Below, one piece after another: positions 1 through 14,587 of a stretch of 48,368 bases of DNA. The notes under the pieces are model-generated. The model saw only the letters and a list, made by a program, of their open reading frames with translations. It was not told the DNA's origin and made no database searches. The position numbers and the translations under genes were made by a program. This DNA comes from Octopus bimaculoides (taxonomy: Eukaryota), in contig NC_068994.1 in assembly GCF_001194135.2 (NCBI RefSeq), positions 18,302,749-18,351,116 on the forward strand. The letters are read 5' to 3'. The first letter of the stretch is position 1, and every line of letters begins with the position of its first letter.

Positions 1-72
<72 letters not shown>
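1..72. repeat. (GA)n microsatellite; many further (TG)n, (TA)n, (AG)n and (TAA)n tracts throughout
   Basis: Direct inspection; e.g. 9420-9450, 10478-10512, 17105-17158, 29122-29180, 36428-36493. Confidence 0.98.
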
Positions 73-77
<5 letters not shown>

Positions 78-734
78 CTGAAATATGAAAATACTGTCCA
101 AGAGTGTTAGCAAAATTGAGAGGATCTTGTGTTTTATATAATTTAAGGTAATTTAGGTAGTGTTTTTCTTAGCAGCAAAGATAATTGATAAAATTTAATT
201 TTCTACTTTGTCTATTATTTCAAGCTTTCGAAAATAGTAAACACAGGATTTTTTCGTCAATGATCTTAAAACCCTAGTATAGCTGCTAGTAGCTATTTAT
301 TTTACTATGCTCAGAAAACAGAAACACCAAAGATCTCAAATGGAATTTAACACAAAATACAGCTTTAGTCTTAGCAACAAGATTACATTGCTTAACACAA
401 AACCAAAAACATTTAAAATCAGATGTAAGAATAACTTGTTTCTTTGTTCTTGTCTAGAGATAATTCTAAAGTTTGTAGTGTTTTGATTTAACTAATTCTT
501 GAGCAACATCAACCACTCTACTACTTAACCATTATATCATTTATTTAACATGTGTAGGTGCAGAAGTGGCTGTGTGGTGTGAGAAGTTTCCTTCTCAACC
601 ACATGGTATTGGGTTCAGTCCCACTGTATAGCACCTGAGGCAAGTGTTTTCTACCATAACCCTGGGCCTACCAAAGCTTTGTGAGTGAACTTGGTTGATG
701 CAAACTGAAAAGAAACCCATCATATATATGTGTG

Positions 735-784
<50 letters not shown>

Positions 785-2418
785 GTTTCTTTGACTTGAC
801 ATCATGTGACAGTTGTAAGCAAGTGTCACCATCATGTAAGTGACGTCCTTCATTTCCAATCTTCTTTGAGGTTGTGAAACAGGTGAGGGTTGGAGTCATG
901 AAAAGCATCCAACTTTGGAAAATCTGCCTTAACAAATTCCATCTGACCCATGAGCAAGGAAAAGTGGACTTTAAATGATGATTATCATGATGTTTACGTA
1001 CACTATACTATTTCCATTAAAAGACGTAGACAGAAGACAGAGACGATAATACTAATGGTTTCTTTTAAGGCAGGTGGAGCTGGCAGAATCATTAGCATGT
1101 TAGGTAAAATGTTCAGCAGTATTTCCTCTATCTGCGTCTTCTGAGTTCAAAGTCAGCTTTGCCTTTCATCCTTTTGTGGTCAATGAAATAAGTACTACTT
1201 GAGTACTGGGGATGATGCAACTGATTTTAGCCACTTACCCAAAATTAGAGGCCTTGTGCCAAAAACTGAAACTAATATTAATGGGTTTTTTTCATTGACA
1301 CAAGGCTATATATTTTAGAATAGAGAATACAGTTGACTTAATTGTCCTTAGTACATGATGCTGCCTATTTTATCAACTACAAAAGGATGGAAATAAATAA
1401 TAACAAAAACAAGTCGAACCTGGTGGCATTTGAAATCAGAATAAACAAAGTCGGAATTGAATACTACAAAACATTCAGTCCAGCTCTTGTTAAGTTATCT
1501 TCACAGATTTTCTATAGAAATTATAGCTAGCACTGATATTTTTATGATGTTTTGTATCTGAGATGCCTGATGTAAACAACAACAAAATCAGTGCTGTCTA
1601 TGATTTCCAGAGAAAATCTGTAGAGATAACCTCAACAAGTGATGTAGTAAGCACTGCTAACACAACAGAACACAGTATTAAGTTATAAAAACATTTAATA
1701 TACTTTATGGTATATAATGGTTGCATAACGAAATATGATGTTCCTACATGTCATTAATATTCAGTGCAGCATGCTACTTGTTCAACCAAATCACTGATCT
1801 CAAAAGTAGTATAGTAGTTCCAAATTTTTGGCACAAGGCTAGCAATATTAAGAGAAGAAGTAAGTTGTTTACATTGACACCATTGTTGCTCAACTGGTAT
1901 TTATTTTATCAACCCTGAAAAGATGAAAAGCAAAAATTGACCTAGGCAGAATTTGAACCTGGAATGTAAAGAGCTAGAAGAAATGCTGCTAAGGACTTTG
2001 TCTGACTCATTAACAGTTCTACCAGCCTGCAAGATAATAACAAAACAGAAAATATTCATTTTGGTACTAAGAACACTGCTCTAAGTTGAGTTAACCTTGG
2101 AACAGGCTTAGCTAAAGCAACCAGTCAATATAGCAAATGTTATTGCTGTGTACAAGTGAGGGTGTCAACTAAGAGATAGAAAAGTATTTGAAGTTGATTC
2201 AAATCACATTAAACAGTTATACTGACCGATTAACTATTGTATCCCTTTTTGTATTTGGTAGAAAAACCAGGCATGGTTGTGTGGTAAAAAGCTCGCTTTC
2301 CCCCCACATAGTTCTGGATGACAACTTGGGCAAGTGTTTTCCACTAGAGACTTGGGCTGACCAAAGCCTTGTGAGTGGATTTGGAAGACAGAAATTGAAA
2401 GAAACTTGTCACATATAT

Positions 2419-2455
<37 letters not shown>

Positions 2456-2914
2456 TCTTCCACCACTGTTTGAAACTGGTGTTGGTGTGTTTATGTCCCT
2501 ATAAATTAGCAATTCAGCAAAATAGATTGATAAAGTAAGTACTGGGCTTAAAAAAAATGTACTGGGGTCGATTTATCCAACTAAAAAACTTCTTCAAGGT
2601 GGTGCCCCAGCATGGCTGCAATCTAATGATTGAAACAAGAAAGAAGATAAAAAGATTTCGCTCAATTTTCTGCTATGAATAGGAACCATGACCAGAAACT
2701 CATGTGCAATACAGTTCAGTTCAGAGGTCACTGTATAATTCATAAGTACTTCATTTGCTTTAACCCTTTTGTATTTAAACTGGCCATATCCAACCCAAAA
2801 TATTCAACTCATTTTACATGCAAACTCACTAAACCTTGCCTCCCACACCTACACCTATAATGTCGTTCTAAAATTGAATAATCACATTACTGAAATTTCA
2901 AATCTATGAGATAA

Positions 2915-3230
2915 AAAAGACCCTCTTTGGTCACGATGTCCATGGGATTGCACCCAGAAAGTTACCCTCCAAGGCACAAGTCTAGGCAGATTTGTTTATG
3001 GAAGACCGGCAGTTGCCCATGCATACCAGCCTCCTCTCTCTAGGCCACTGATGTTATCCAAGGGAACGGCAAAGGCTGATACAGCTTGGCACCAGTGATG
3101 TTGCAACTCATTTCTACAGCAGAGTAAACTGGAGCAACATGAAATAAAGTGAATTGCTCAAGAACACAAAACACAGCCCGGTCCAGAATTGAATTGTGAA
3201 CCCGACGCTCTAACCACTGAGCCATGTACT
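2915..3230 (-). mobile_element. tRNA-derived SINE family C
   Basis: Minus head catggctcagtggttagagcgtcggg (A box) and a domain read on + as ctacagc(t/a)gagt(g/a)aactggagcaac.tgaaataaagt. Relatives at ~40870-41155, ~25320-25600 and ~7130-7320. Confidence 0.7.
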
Positions 3231-3713
3231 TTCAAATCAAGGAGATTATACATAATTAATTCAAAATAATGTGAATAAATAGGCTTTACATTTGACAAAG
3301 TAACCTGAATACTGGTCCAAATATTCTACCCTTTTTTATGTTCTGGTCTTCACAATGTCATTTTAAAAATAATCAGTAACATTATATCGAAATCTCAGTG
3401 CTACGAGATGATACTCGATTAATTCAAAAAACAATGCTTAATAAATAAGCTTCACATTCAACAGAATAAATCTGAATGCTAAAGGGCTAGGGGTTCAGTC
3501 CACAACTCTTTTATAAACAAAAAGAAAGTAACATCAAACCATTCCAACTATATCCATTCTTTAATTCCTATGTGGACATTAATAAGCCTGGAGTTAAGAG
3601 ATTGTGGAGAGATAAGTTGATAAAGGTAGATGTCAAACAATTGAGCAGTTGGCAGTTTGTATCCAGTTGCTGATTGTACACACACACACACATATAAATG
3701 CATGTGTACATAC

Positions 3714-3745
<32 letters not shown>

Positions 3746-3818
3746 TTGCTATGATAGCTTCTAAGTCAAACCCGAAGATAACCTAGTCGCTGTTTGAAAA
3801 GTACAAAGGTGAAATAGC

Positions 3819-4100
3819 TCATTTATGGGTTCTGCTGTGACTAAGACTTCCCTTTTGGCAAAGATATATTTGCTAGAAACCATATACAGATGTTCATTTA
3901 CACCAGGATTGCTAAGGTAGATTTGCTGAATTTTCCTTTTGGCCTCTGTAATATAAATCCATAATGATTAAAATACCTTGCAGCCACAAGTGCAAGCTTC
4001 TTTCCAAGCAGATCTGTCTCAAGCAAATTTTTGTCTTTAGAACATGGATTAATCTTGCAGCCCTTTAAGGTTGTTTTCAGTGCATCTTTGAATCTCTTAT
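3819..4100 (-). mobile_element. Older RTE-type LINE ORF C-terminal fragment
   Basis: Frameshifted translation KRFKDALKTTLKGCKINP ... DRSAWKEAC ... GSLSHSRTHK* follows the RTE/BovB-like C-terminal pattern (KRxKDxLK, DRxxW, terminal SHxRTH). Confidence 0.75.
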
Positions 4101-7100
4101 GAAGTGTACAGCATTGGATTGACCATTGAGTAAAATAAGCACATGCTTAGGACATTAAGGGAAGGGGACACCACAGAAATGGTAAATGGTCTATAGCACA
4201 AAAGAAATCACTTTAAACTTGTTAAAATAATATTTGAAGTGGTTTATATGATTGGAAATATAACTTTGAAGTGTACATGATGTCAAAATAAAACATTTTT
4301 CTATCTTACTGTTAGTTTTGTTTCATTTTGAGAAATAAAAGTTTATTTTATGGGCTATTATTGTTCATATCTTGAATATATGTAAATATGGAGAAACCAA
4401 AATCTTTTAAGTGCTTAGGGCCTCTATGGGTATTAATCTGGCCTTGGAGGTGCACCAACACCTCACACTCCATTTGTAAATTCAAAGAAAAAGATTATTA
4501 ACATGTCCAGTTCAATGCAGCCAAATTTCCTAGAGTATGGCAAACACCAGATTTCCTAGAGTGTGGCAAACAAACTAGGAACATTGTTATGTCAGAGAAC
4601 TCTGTCTCGGGAATTCTATCTTGCCACTTTATACTCAGAATCATCTTTAGGTAAGACAGGGAAATGGTTGAGCTTTTTATTATTATTAGACTGGTACACT
4701 GTCAAAGTTTCTACAGCAGGGAATTTGAGGTGGGGGAAAATAGTAAAAATAAAATGAAAAACAAAAACGAAACGAAAACAAAGCACATTGGATAATGCGC
4801 TCCTAGAAAATAAAACTGGGTGATTTGGAATGCTTGACTGGGATTAACCTGGGGCTAAACAACATGAGCACGGTATTAATATCATTAGTAGAGTATAGAG
4901 AATGAACAAGATCAGAATATTCTTTGCCTAAAGCTGCAGATGTGTCATTCAGATAAATGGTGAGGAACACAGCTATTTTGGCAAGTTTTTTTTTCCTAGC
5001 AAATTTTTCATCACAACTACGTCATTAACTGATTTACTGACTACTCATAACTAATTATTTGAATTTTTGCCAATTTTATGTGTGACAGAAAAATGTTCCT
5101 CACCTTGACCTGTCTGGGACAGTGAGATGAATGACAGTGACAAATGCTTCATCATTGTCCCTCTCTGATCTATGCATTACCAAACCTCAAATGTTTAGCA
5201 GAAATTGTGCCACTATAATGAAAGGGAAAGGGTAACAGGGAGACAGAGAGCGAATTATGTATAGTGATTAACTGGGAAACTTTATAAATGTAGTTCACAA
5301 AAGCTAGGCTTTGAAACAAAATTTTTAAGCACTTACAACTGCAACACAACCAACACAACTGGTGAACTGTCATTTCTCAACTACAAGCATTTATAAAAAA
5401 GGATCCCTTCCAATTTTGGTGAATTTTCTCACATATCCTGCCATCAGCACAAATTTTTGTATAAGCAGTGAAATTAATATTTTTTGTTTTGCTGCTTTCG
5501 CAGATTCTCATGACTCTCTTGCCATCCAATTCCATGAATTTGAATTGTGAGCTTGTGTCATAACGAATCTTTCAAAATTACAAAACCATGGATGCCAACC
5601 CAATGGAAGCATTGAAGCTATTCTCTTGATGGTGATCTTGATCTTCAAGGATTCCTTTATTCAGCACCAATGTAAGAAGCACTGTAAGCTTGGTTGAGCT
5701 CTTCAGTTGCCTCTTCCTAATTCACCATGCTGCAGTCCCATGATTTCACCATATCCCTGGCAGAGTGGCTGAACAGATGCTTTGCCTTGCCAAAAGGCAG
5801 CCCCTAACTACACAGGGGATGGTTGTCACTCCATGAGGTATTTTCAGTATATCCGCATAAGATATTTAAAGCAGTGAGTATCAGAAATCTAATTAGAAAT
5901 TTTTAAGCTGAGGAATGTATGTATGGTAAAGAAGCAGTATGACCATGTGGCTTTAGGTTCCATCCCACACTGAGCAAGCGTCTTCTACTATACCACTGGG
6001 CTGACCATTGCCTTGTGACTAAACGTGGTAGATGAAAACTGCACAAAGCTCTGATATATGCATGTATGTGAATGCCTATTTCTGCATCTCTTTGTGTGGT
6101 ACGGCTTATGTGACTGACAGCGATATCATGATCATATCTTCTGTAAACAATATATCTTGTAGCTTGATGGTTTTGATAAATGAAAACTAGTAGAATATAA
6201 ATGCTTTATTTCATAGACATAAAGATGGGCATCTAACTGATGAATACTGCTTCAGTAAGACTCATCTAACCCATGCCAGCATGGAAAAAGGAGATATAAA
6301 AATGATGGTGATGATGATGACAATCGAGAAAAGACAATATCAGCTTAATGACTGGTGGGGTGGGGTGTGGGGAACAACTTCCAAAAGTTAATCATTCAAC
6401 TGAGTCCCACTGCTACTCTGTTGACTTCTATTTCCTCTATTTTCTTCAATCTTTTCTGATGCTCCCTACATCTCTAGGTTATAACACAGAAATAGTGAAA
6501 GAGACAGACAGACAGGCAGACAGGCAGACAAACAGGCAGGTAGGCAGACAAACAGGCACACCCACACACCCACATTAACCCGTGTGTTCCATCCTTAACA
6601 AAAAAATAATAAAGCCAGCTTCTCAGATGCTGCCAATTGCTACCTAATGCAACAACTCTCAAGTGACAGATGCATTTATAAATGATCACCTTACATTTGA
6701 CCTTAAATTTCTTTCCTGTTTCAACAACTGCTAGAGTGGGTTCTGTCACCTTCTACAGAGTCTGTGCATTCCTTCATAAATGAAAAACCTCCAAAACCAC
6801 ATTGAAATGATGACAAGATAATTTAATTTCATTCAATAGCAGAGTCACTCACAAACCAGATTAAAACAGTGTTTGTATGATGATGATGACACCCATTTAC
6901 AACACGTGATTTTACAGAAATGCACACATACAATGGGTTTCTTTCAGTTTCTCTCAATCAAATCCATTCACAAGGCTTTGATTGGATTGAAGTTATAGCA
7001 TAAGATACTTATCCAAGGTGTCACACAGTGGGACTGAACCTGAAACCATGTGGTTGGGAAGCAACTCCCTTAACCACATAGCTACAATAACTGAACTGAA

Positions 7101-8050
7101 ACTTGAATATGTCCGTTATAAACTTAGACTCATCAGGACAGAGCTTAACTTGGTTTCGTAGGTATTTAAGTAAGTGCAAGTACAAGACTCCTCTTTGAAG
7201 GGGATCTCAGTCCATTGCAGAGTTAACCCCCACCAGTTGCCACTGGTACTCATATTAAGCTGAATTGATTGAAATGGTGTGAAGCACCTTGTTCAAGGAC
7301 CAGGGCCAGTGTTAGGAAGTGTGGGGTCTAAGTAGATAATTGTAGGTGGGGCTCTCTATTTTACAAAAGCTGAAGATTGATATTTTATGCTTCATGTCAT
7401 GTGCCAGTCGTAGCCAAAAAGCATTGAAGGATTGAGACTCCATTAGCCACAATGATATACTAAACATTCGTCATAGTGTCTGTCCTCTGCTTGAGCATGT
7501 GTGCAGGGCTCAATTTAAACAAAGTTGTTTTATTGGCTTAAGACTAACCCTGCAAGGACACAATACAGTGCTTAGTCCAAGAATTGAGCCCATAGCCTAT
7601 TCAAGAACAATATTGTAACTATTGACCCATTAGCATTCAGATTATTTTGTCAAATTTAATGCTTACTCATTCACATTGCTTTGAATTAACCATGATTGTC
7701 TTGTAGCTTCAAGATTTTGATGAAGTGATTGTTTATTTTTAGAAAGACAAGGGTTAAGTCACATGTTTTTATGAACAACTTACTGATTCTTTATAATATG
7801 TAGATATACCTTGCATTAAGGTACTACAACTCATGGCCCTAGGATGGTCTACAAACACCTCTATGTACATTCAATATTAATCTGTTGTTTCTGTTTATTA
7901 AGGATTGGGAATGGGATGGATTTTTAAATTTGGAGATTTGCATGACATGTGAGAGTAGGCTTTCTTTTTGTTCAAAAAATATCATATTATTCCCCAAATT
8001 TCTTCTATGAAGGGGATAAAGCGCACATTTTATTTTACCTGAAATTATTT

Positions 8051-8217
8051 GGGAAATCGACTCCAGGACTTATTCTTTGTAAACCTAGTACTTATTCTAT
8101 CGGTCTCTTTTGCCGAATCGCTAAGTTACGGGGACGTGAACACACCAGCATTGGTTGTCAAGCGATGTTGGGGGGGACAAACACAGACACACAAATGTAC
8201 ACACACACATACATACA

Positions 8218-8281
<64 letters not shown>

Positions 8282-8440
8282 GCTTCTTTCAGTTTCCGTC
8301 TACCAAATCCACTCACAAGGCTTTGGTCAGCCCGAGGCTATAGTAGAAGACACTTGCCCAAGGTGCCACGCAGTGGGACTGAACCCAGAACCATGTGGTT
8401 CGTAAGCAAGCTACTTACCACACAGCCACTCCTACGCCTA
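8051..8440 (-). mobile_element. SINE family A
   Basis: Reverse complement of the 33087 copy, lacking the extreme tail; internal (TACA)n(TA)n. Confidence 0.85.
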
Positions 8441-8687
8441 TAGTGAACGTTTTATTGAATGGTAGTTAGATTTAATTAAATATGGGATTCTTAAGCACTG
8501 TTTTGTCTTCTGCATTAAATATTTCATTAACAACATCGGTATGTAATGAAATTAATTCAAACATGTTGGCAAAATAATCCAAAAGCTATTCTTTATGGCT
8601 CCTGTCATAATAATTATCAGCAATACATTCACATGATTAAATAGTGTTTTGCTTTTTGGTTTTGAATTTATTGTGATTTTACAAGAT

Positions 8688-8897
8688 CAGTGGTTCTCAA
8701 CAAGGGTCCATATAAGATTATTTTGTTAAAATTCACGAGGAATAAATTGCTTATACTTCTACAACACACCAAATATTTTTTTTAATACAATTCCTAATAA
8801 TATTTAATTATAAAAATATAATGGGATTTCTAAAGGTCCATCCAAGTAAAATGGGAATGAAAGGGGTCTGTAAGTTAAAAATGGTTGAGTACCATTG
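8688..8897. mobile_element. hAT (Charlie/Buster-like) MITE
   Basis: TIR cagtggttctcaac / ttgagtaccattg; 8-bp TSD tacaagat / tactagat (7/8). Confidence 0.8.
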
Positions 8898-9416
8898 TAC
8901 TAGATCTTTCAAGGTGGGAGTGAAGAGATACGCTTGTATCAGAATATAAAGACTGTATGTATAAGGTGTCAGCCAGATGCTAGCAATCCTTGTTTAAGCC
9001 TTTAAAGATTGTTTATCTATCTATCTATCAAGAGAGGAAGACTGTGCATCATAGTTGAGAAAGCAATCAAGATTTTGGAAGGATTTAGCAAAATGTAAAA
9101 TATAAATAATTTAACTTCTCAGTGTATCTGAATAATATTGTTGGTAATTATTGCTATATTATTAAAATAGTTCCATTTTGAAGAATATCATCATTGCATA
9201 TCATCATCATATACATATATATAATAATAATAATAATAATAATATTAGGGATAAAAATCCAAAATTACAGGTAAAAACTTGTAATTTTATTATCATTATC
9301 TTATGATATTTACTTTGTATTATATTATACTTATTTATTGTGCTTTTACTTATTAATTTTTCTATATGTGACAGTGGATTTTCATCGATGAGTTCATAAA
9401 CCTTGGTTCTTTTCCC

Positions 9417-9455
<39 letters not shown>

Positions 9456-10461
9456 GTGTGTGTAGTGAAAGTGCTAGACTTCTGACTCCAAGTCTCTCAG
9501 ACCTTATGAGGATGATGGCAATGATAATGATGAGGTTAACCATGGTAATTTTGTTTACGACTTTTAGGACATCCATGGTCCTGGACTTTAGAACTGAAGT
9601 TAGATTAAACATCTATATTGGTAAACATTTTGACAGACTAGATGGATGAGTCAATAAAGATATTTCACAAGTAACGGGAGGACAGAGGTTACTGTTAACA
9701 TCAATAACAATTTATTACAGGTGTGCTCCTATTTTTACCCCTACTGTTATGATGGTATCTACTCCACTCAACTATCAAATTGTGCCCACATTTATTTCAC
9801 GCATCTAGATTTCTTCCTCTTAATTATTTTGTAACCTGCCTCAAGCTCACCTGTCTTGGAAGGCTTATGGAGGCCTTGTCCACTGTTCTTTCAAGCTAGT
9901 CCATTAACAAAAGAAGTGCATCTATGTTCATAGACATTGCAGGCCTAGCAAGGCTTATACAACTGATGTTTAACTCTTCAGCATTCAGATAACTCTGTAA
10001 AATGTAATACTTATTTATTCAAATTGTTTTGAATTAATCATGCATTATCTCATGGCTTCAAGAATTTGATGAGGTGACCATTTAGTTTTACAATGACATA
10101 GGATAGGTGTGAAAGCTAGATCTTGCCGATTTGAATATAATACAGACAGAATATTTGGGTAAGATATGACTGGTTTAAATACTAAAGGGTTATGTATGGG
10201 CAGGAAAGGGTGGTGCCAAGGGATAGAAAAATTAGAAGTGTTTGGTATTTGCATTCACACATACATATATAAGCTATTAAAACTACTAACATATTGGTTT
10301 GTTAGGCGGGCAAAAGGCCATCAATTTTCAAAGGAGAGATGTTGTGACACTAGTGCATAACTGATACTCATTATATTGACCTTGAAAGGGTGAAGAAAGA
10401 AGTCAGTTTTAAAGGTTTTGACCTTTGAAGGTAATTCCGACACTATCCTTTTTCAGAGAGA

Positions 10462-10516
<55 letters not shown>

Positions 10517-11407
10517 AAATAATTGGTTTCAATTTTTGGAACAAGGCCAGAAATTTGGGGGGAGGGGTTAAGTCAATCATATCAACCCCAGTGCTCAACT
10601 GGTATTTATTTTATTGACCTCAAAAGGATGGAAGGCAAAGTCAACCGGGGTAGAATTTTGAACTCACAATGTAAAGACGGGCAAAATGCTGCGAAGCATT
10701 TTGCCAGGTGTGCAAACGATTCTGTTAGCTTGTCATCCAAGGATCAATAAAATATTTTAAAAAATTATTATTGAATAATAAATATAACATTAATAAGATT
10801 ATACTGAATATAAATTTCATTTAGCTATATGAATGTCTTTTATCTTTTACTTGTTTCAGTCATTGGAAAGTGACTATGCTGGGGCACCACCTTCAAGGGT
10901 TCACTTGAACAAATTAATACCATTAAAGGATTAATTAATTTTTTAAAGCTCAGTGCTTATTTTAATGGCCTCTTTTGCTGAACTGCTTATTCATAAGGAC
11001 ATAAACAAACCTAAGCCAGTGTGCCAAGTGATAGAGAGGACAAACACAAAAACACACACATGCATAAGATGGGTTTTCACACAGTCTCTGTCTACCAGAT
11101 TCACTACGAAATTATTGTTACCAAATAATCACAGAAAATACACATGGAAAGTATGTTTACAAAACACAACACTATGAAATTATACACACACACACACATA
11201 CATTAAGTAAAAGGTATAGTGAAATATCAGTAATGATTGAGACATGTGGCAAATAATGCACAAGTTAGATTAGTCATTGTGTTAACTGATGCCTGCTCTA
11301 ATCTAGCTCAGCAGACCCATGTCATAGGTGTTCTAACCATAACCATCCCATCTTTTCTTCCACACATAATGTATTTAAAACACATAGTAAATATTGTTTC
11401 TTTCTTT

Positions 11408-11855
<448 letters not shown>

Positions 11856-12388
11856 AGGCGGCAAGCTGGCAGAGTTGTTAGCATGCCGGGCGAAATGCTT
11901 GATGGTATTTCATCTGCTGCTACATTCTGAGTTCAAATTCCACGGAGGTCAACTTTGCCTTTCATCCTTTCAGAGTCGATAAATTAAGTATCAGTACTTA
12001 GCAGATTGGGGCCTGGTGTAGCCTTCCGGCTTGCCAGTCCTCAGTCAAACTGTCCAACACATGCCAGCATGGAAAGCAGACGTTAAATGATGATGATGGA
12101 GTATTAAGGTCGATGTGATTGACTAACCTCCTCTCCCCAAATGTCAGGCCTTGTGCCAATAATAGAAAGGATTCTTCTTCTTCTTATTATTATTATATTA
12201 GTACGCCATGCAAAATGCTTAGTGGTATTTAGTCTGCTGCTAAATTCTCAGTACAAATTCTGCCGAGGCTGACTTTGTCATTCGTCCTTTCGGGGTTGAT
12301 AAAATAAGTACCAGCTGAACACTGGGGTCGATGTAATTGACTAGTCCTGTCCCCCCAAATTGCTGCCTTTGTGGAAAAATTTGAAACC

Positions 12389-12429
<41 letters not shown>

Positions 12430-13129
12430 CATCATCATTTGGATAGTAGGCACGACTAGCAAGCTTGCTTGCTATGCTGTGCTGGGGAAACATTCCAAAA
12501 ATTGATTTGCTTCTTGCAGTATGTTATATGAACCTGACTGATAACTAAGCAACATATTTATTAATCCTCTCAAATATATAATATGAAACTTTGCTTAGCT
12601 TCAACCCTTACTTATTTCAAAAACAGGTAAACTTAAATCATGAAATATACCATCATTCAACTAACCCAACACTCCTTAAAATTACTGGCCTTGTGCCAAC
12701 ATTTGAAACTATTATTATTACTATTATCTTAATACAATTTATTGTGATATTGTAATCAGGTCTGTAAAGGTGGCACAGAAGGTAAATACGTTAAGCAGTA
12801 ATTAATTTTGTTGATTAATAATTGAGTTCTGATCCTACAGTCAGCTTTGATGTTGAATTTTATCCAACTGCCAGTTTGCAGAAAATATTTATTACATTCA
12901 ATTCAATAGCCCACAGTTGCTCCAAAACATCATATGTGTGTGTGTGTGTGTGTGTGTGTGAGTGTGTGTGTTCAAATAATATTATGCAATAAAAATTTAT
13001 ACAGGGTCAAGGGGTCACCAAAACCCAAATAACAGAGTGAGCAGAGAGAACAACAGGACTTTTCATTTAGCATATATGATGGAGAGAGATTTGGCTGCTC
13101 TTTCAAGCACTTACAGTGACCATCTAGAC

Positions 13130-13467
13130 CAGGTTTTCAACCATTTTTTATCTATGGACTCTTTTGATTATTATTTTATTCTGTGGACCCCATGGCCATT
13201 CGATATTTAAAACTAGTTTTATGGAAACTTCTTTGAAAATTCCTATTTTGTTTTTCACACATTAACTTGTGTCGGTTGAACTATGTAAAATTAGAGAAAG
13301 AAACTTAGATGTTTTGTGCAATACATATCAATAATTACACCTAAAGCAAAATTTTTTCAGGGGCCCTTAAAATACTATTGTGGATCTCCAATTTACTATT
13401 TTGTTGTGTGGACCTCCAAAAATCTTGCATGGACCCTCAAGGGCCATACTCCGGTTGAGATCCACTG
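13130..13467. mobile_element. hAT MITE
   Basis: TIR caggttttcaacc / ggttgagatccactg; 8-bp TSD atctagac / attgagac (6/8). Confidence 0.7.
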
Positions 13468-13519
13468 ATTGAGACCATGTAGAAGATATATTTTTGATCT
13501 GAAGTCAAGCTCAGTAGCT

Positions 13520-13720
13520 GCTACTGGCTGCTCTTTGGCCCTAGATCGACCTTGATTGAGCAGACCTCAGATCAAATAGAGTCCAGCCATGACCATATCC
13601 TCTTTTTTTTTTTTTGCATATTAGGGATGACATTTCCAATGTATTCTCCTTTGTTGAAGACAATATATATGATTTGAGGGAGATTTAGCTGCAATATCTA
13701 TTAGGTTCAGCAACCATCCA
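13520..13720 (+). repeat. Unclassified interspersed repeat family D
   Basis: Motifs (t)ttagccccagg..gagcagacc..ccagccatgaccat..tatgatttgagggagattt recur at ~16755-16960, ~13065-13129 and ~4830-4865 (-). Confidence 0.55.
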
Positions 13721-13954
13721 AATGTTCTGTCTTAGACACAAAGTCATGTTTATTTAATAGGAGTGATGTGTGTGTTGTACTGAAAGGTAGCTAGATGCCT
13801 ATGATGAGGATAACAAAGATTTTGTTAAATTTAACTCTTTTGATACCAACATGCCTGAAACCACTCTTGGTTCTATGATACAAACTTTCTGTTTTAAAAT
13901 AAACTCAAAACTTTCCCTCATAATTTCATGTTAATTTATGTTCCAAATGAAAGC

Positions 13955-14290
13955 TTAGAGATTTTCTAACTCACTACTTTGCTCTTGTTGCAAGATCAGT
14001 GACTGATTGTTGCTTGGTTTTCTATATATTGCAAGCTGGAGCGAATTACTGCTATCTCTAGTAGACAGGTGTTCACCACTGATGATGGGGACAAATAGCA
14101 CAAAACCATCTGGTCTGGTGATTCCTTCCTCTGCTGGAAGATGGTAGGGGTTCACTTTCCTGCTTGCAATGTATATTGGGTGCAGATTGCATCAATAACC
14201 AGCTGGAGGAGGCTCCTCCTGGGGTTAAAAAAACAGTAGTAATGTTGATTTCTATGGGACAGTCATATTGATTTGGTGATAAACATTACT
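13955..14290 (+). mobile_element. Hammerhead-bearing interspersed repeat, copy 2, inserted into a piggyBac-type MITE
   Basis: This segment is absent from the related MITE copy at 30708-30927 and is colinear in inverted orientation with 23900-24160. Confidence 0.55.
14073..14121 (+). ncRNA. Decayed type I hammerhead motif (G12A, disrupted stem II)
   Basis: UCACCA-CUGAUGA-(uggggacaaauagcac)-AAAA-CC aucu GG-UC-UGGUGA. Perfect 6-bp stem I, stem III and GUC are retained; GAAA has changed to AAAA. Confidence 0.6.
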
Positions 14291-14587
14291 TCTCAATGAT
14301 AAAATTATTTTACTAAATTCTTCATCATTTTCAAAATTAATTGAAAAGCAAAAGGCGCTGTATCTCAACAGAAATATGGAAATGAGAGGGTTAACAGTAC
14401 AAGGGATTTTTCTTGCACATCATTTTGTCTTCTACATCAAATATTTCATTAATTTGCAAGCAAAATCAAAACGTTGGCAAAAATAATCCAAATGTTATCC
14501 TTTTCTGATTGTATCATAATAATAATTATTAACAATTTCACTTCGTTTTGCTTTTGTTTTTTAAAACTGAAATGTATGGGGTCTTTT

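Larger units (their letters stand above)
13831..14394. mobile_element. piggyBac-type MITE (cccttttgatacc family) with ~335-bp internal insertion
   Basis: ttaa-ctcttttgatacc ... gagaggg-ttaa; flanks are colinear with 30708-30927. Confidence 0.65.

Noticed and set aside
6238-6278. ctgatgaatactgcttcagtaagactc as a hammerhead
   Set aside because: A hairpin follows CUGAUGA but there is no GAAA or stem III; it lies in a decayed SINE tail.
7949-8405. ORFs over SINE copies (also 2188-2538, 23427-23857, 26610-27271, 38434-38957, 40590-40832) and X-filled ORFs over gaps
   Set aside because: Recurrent SINE and microsatellite translations or N-runs; not genes.
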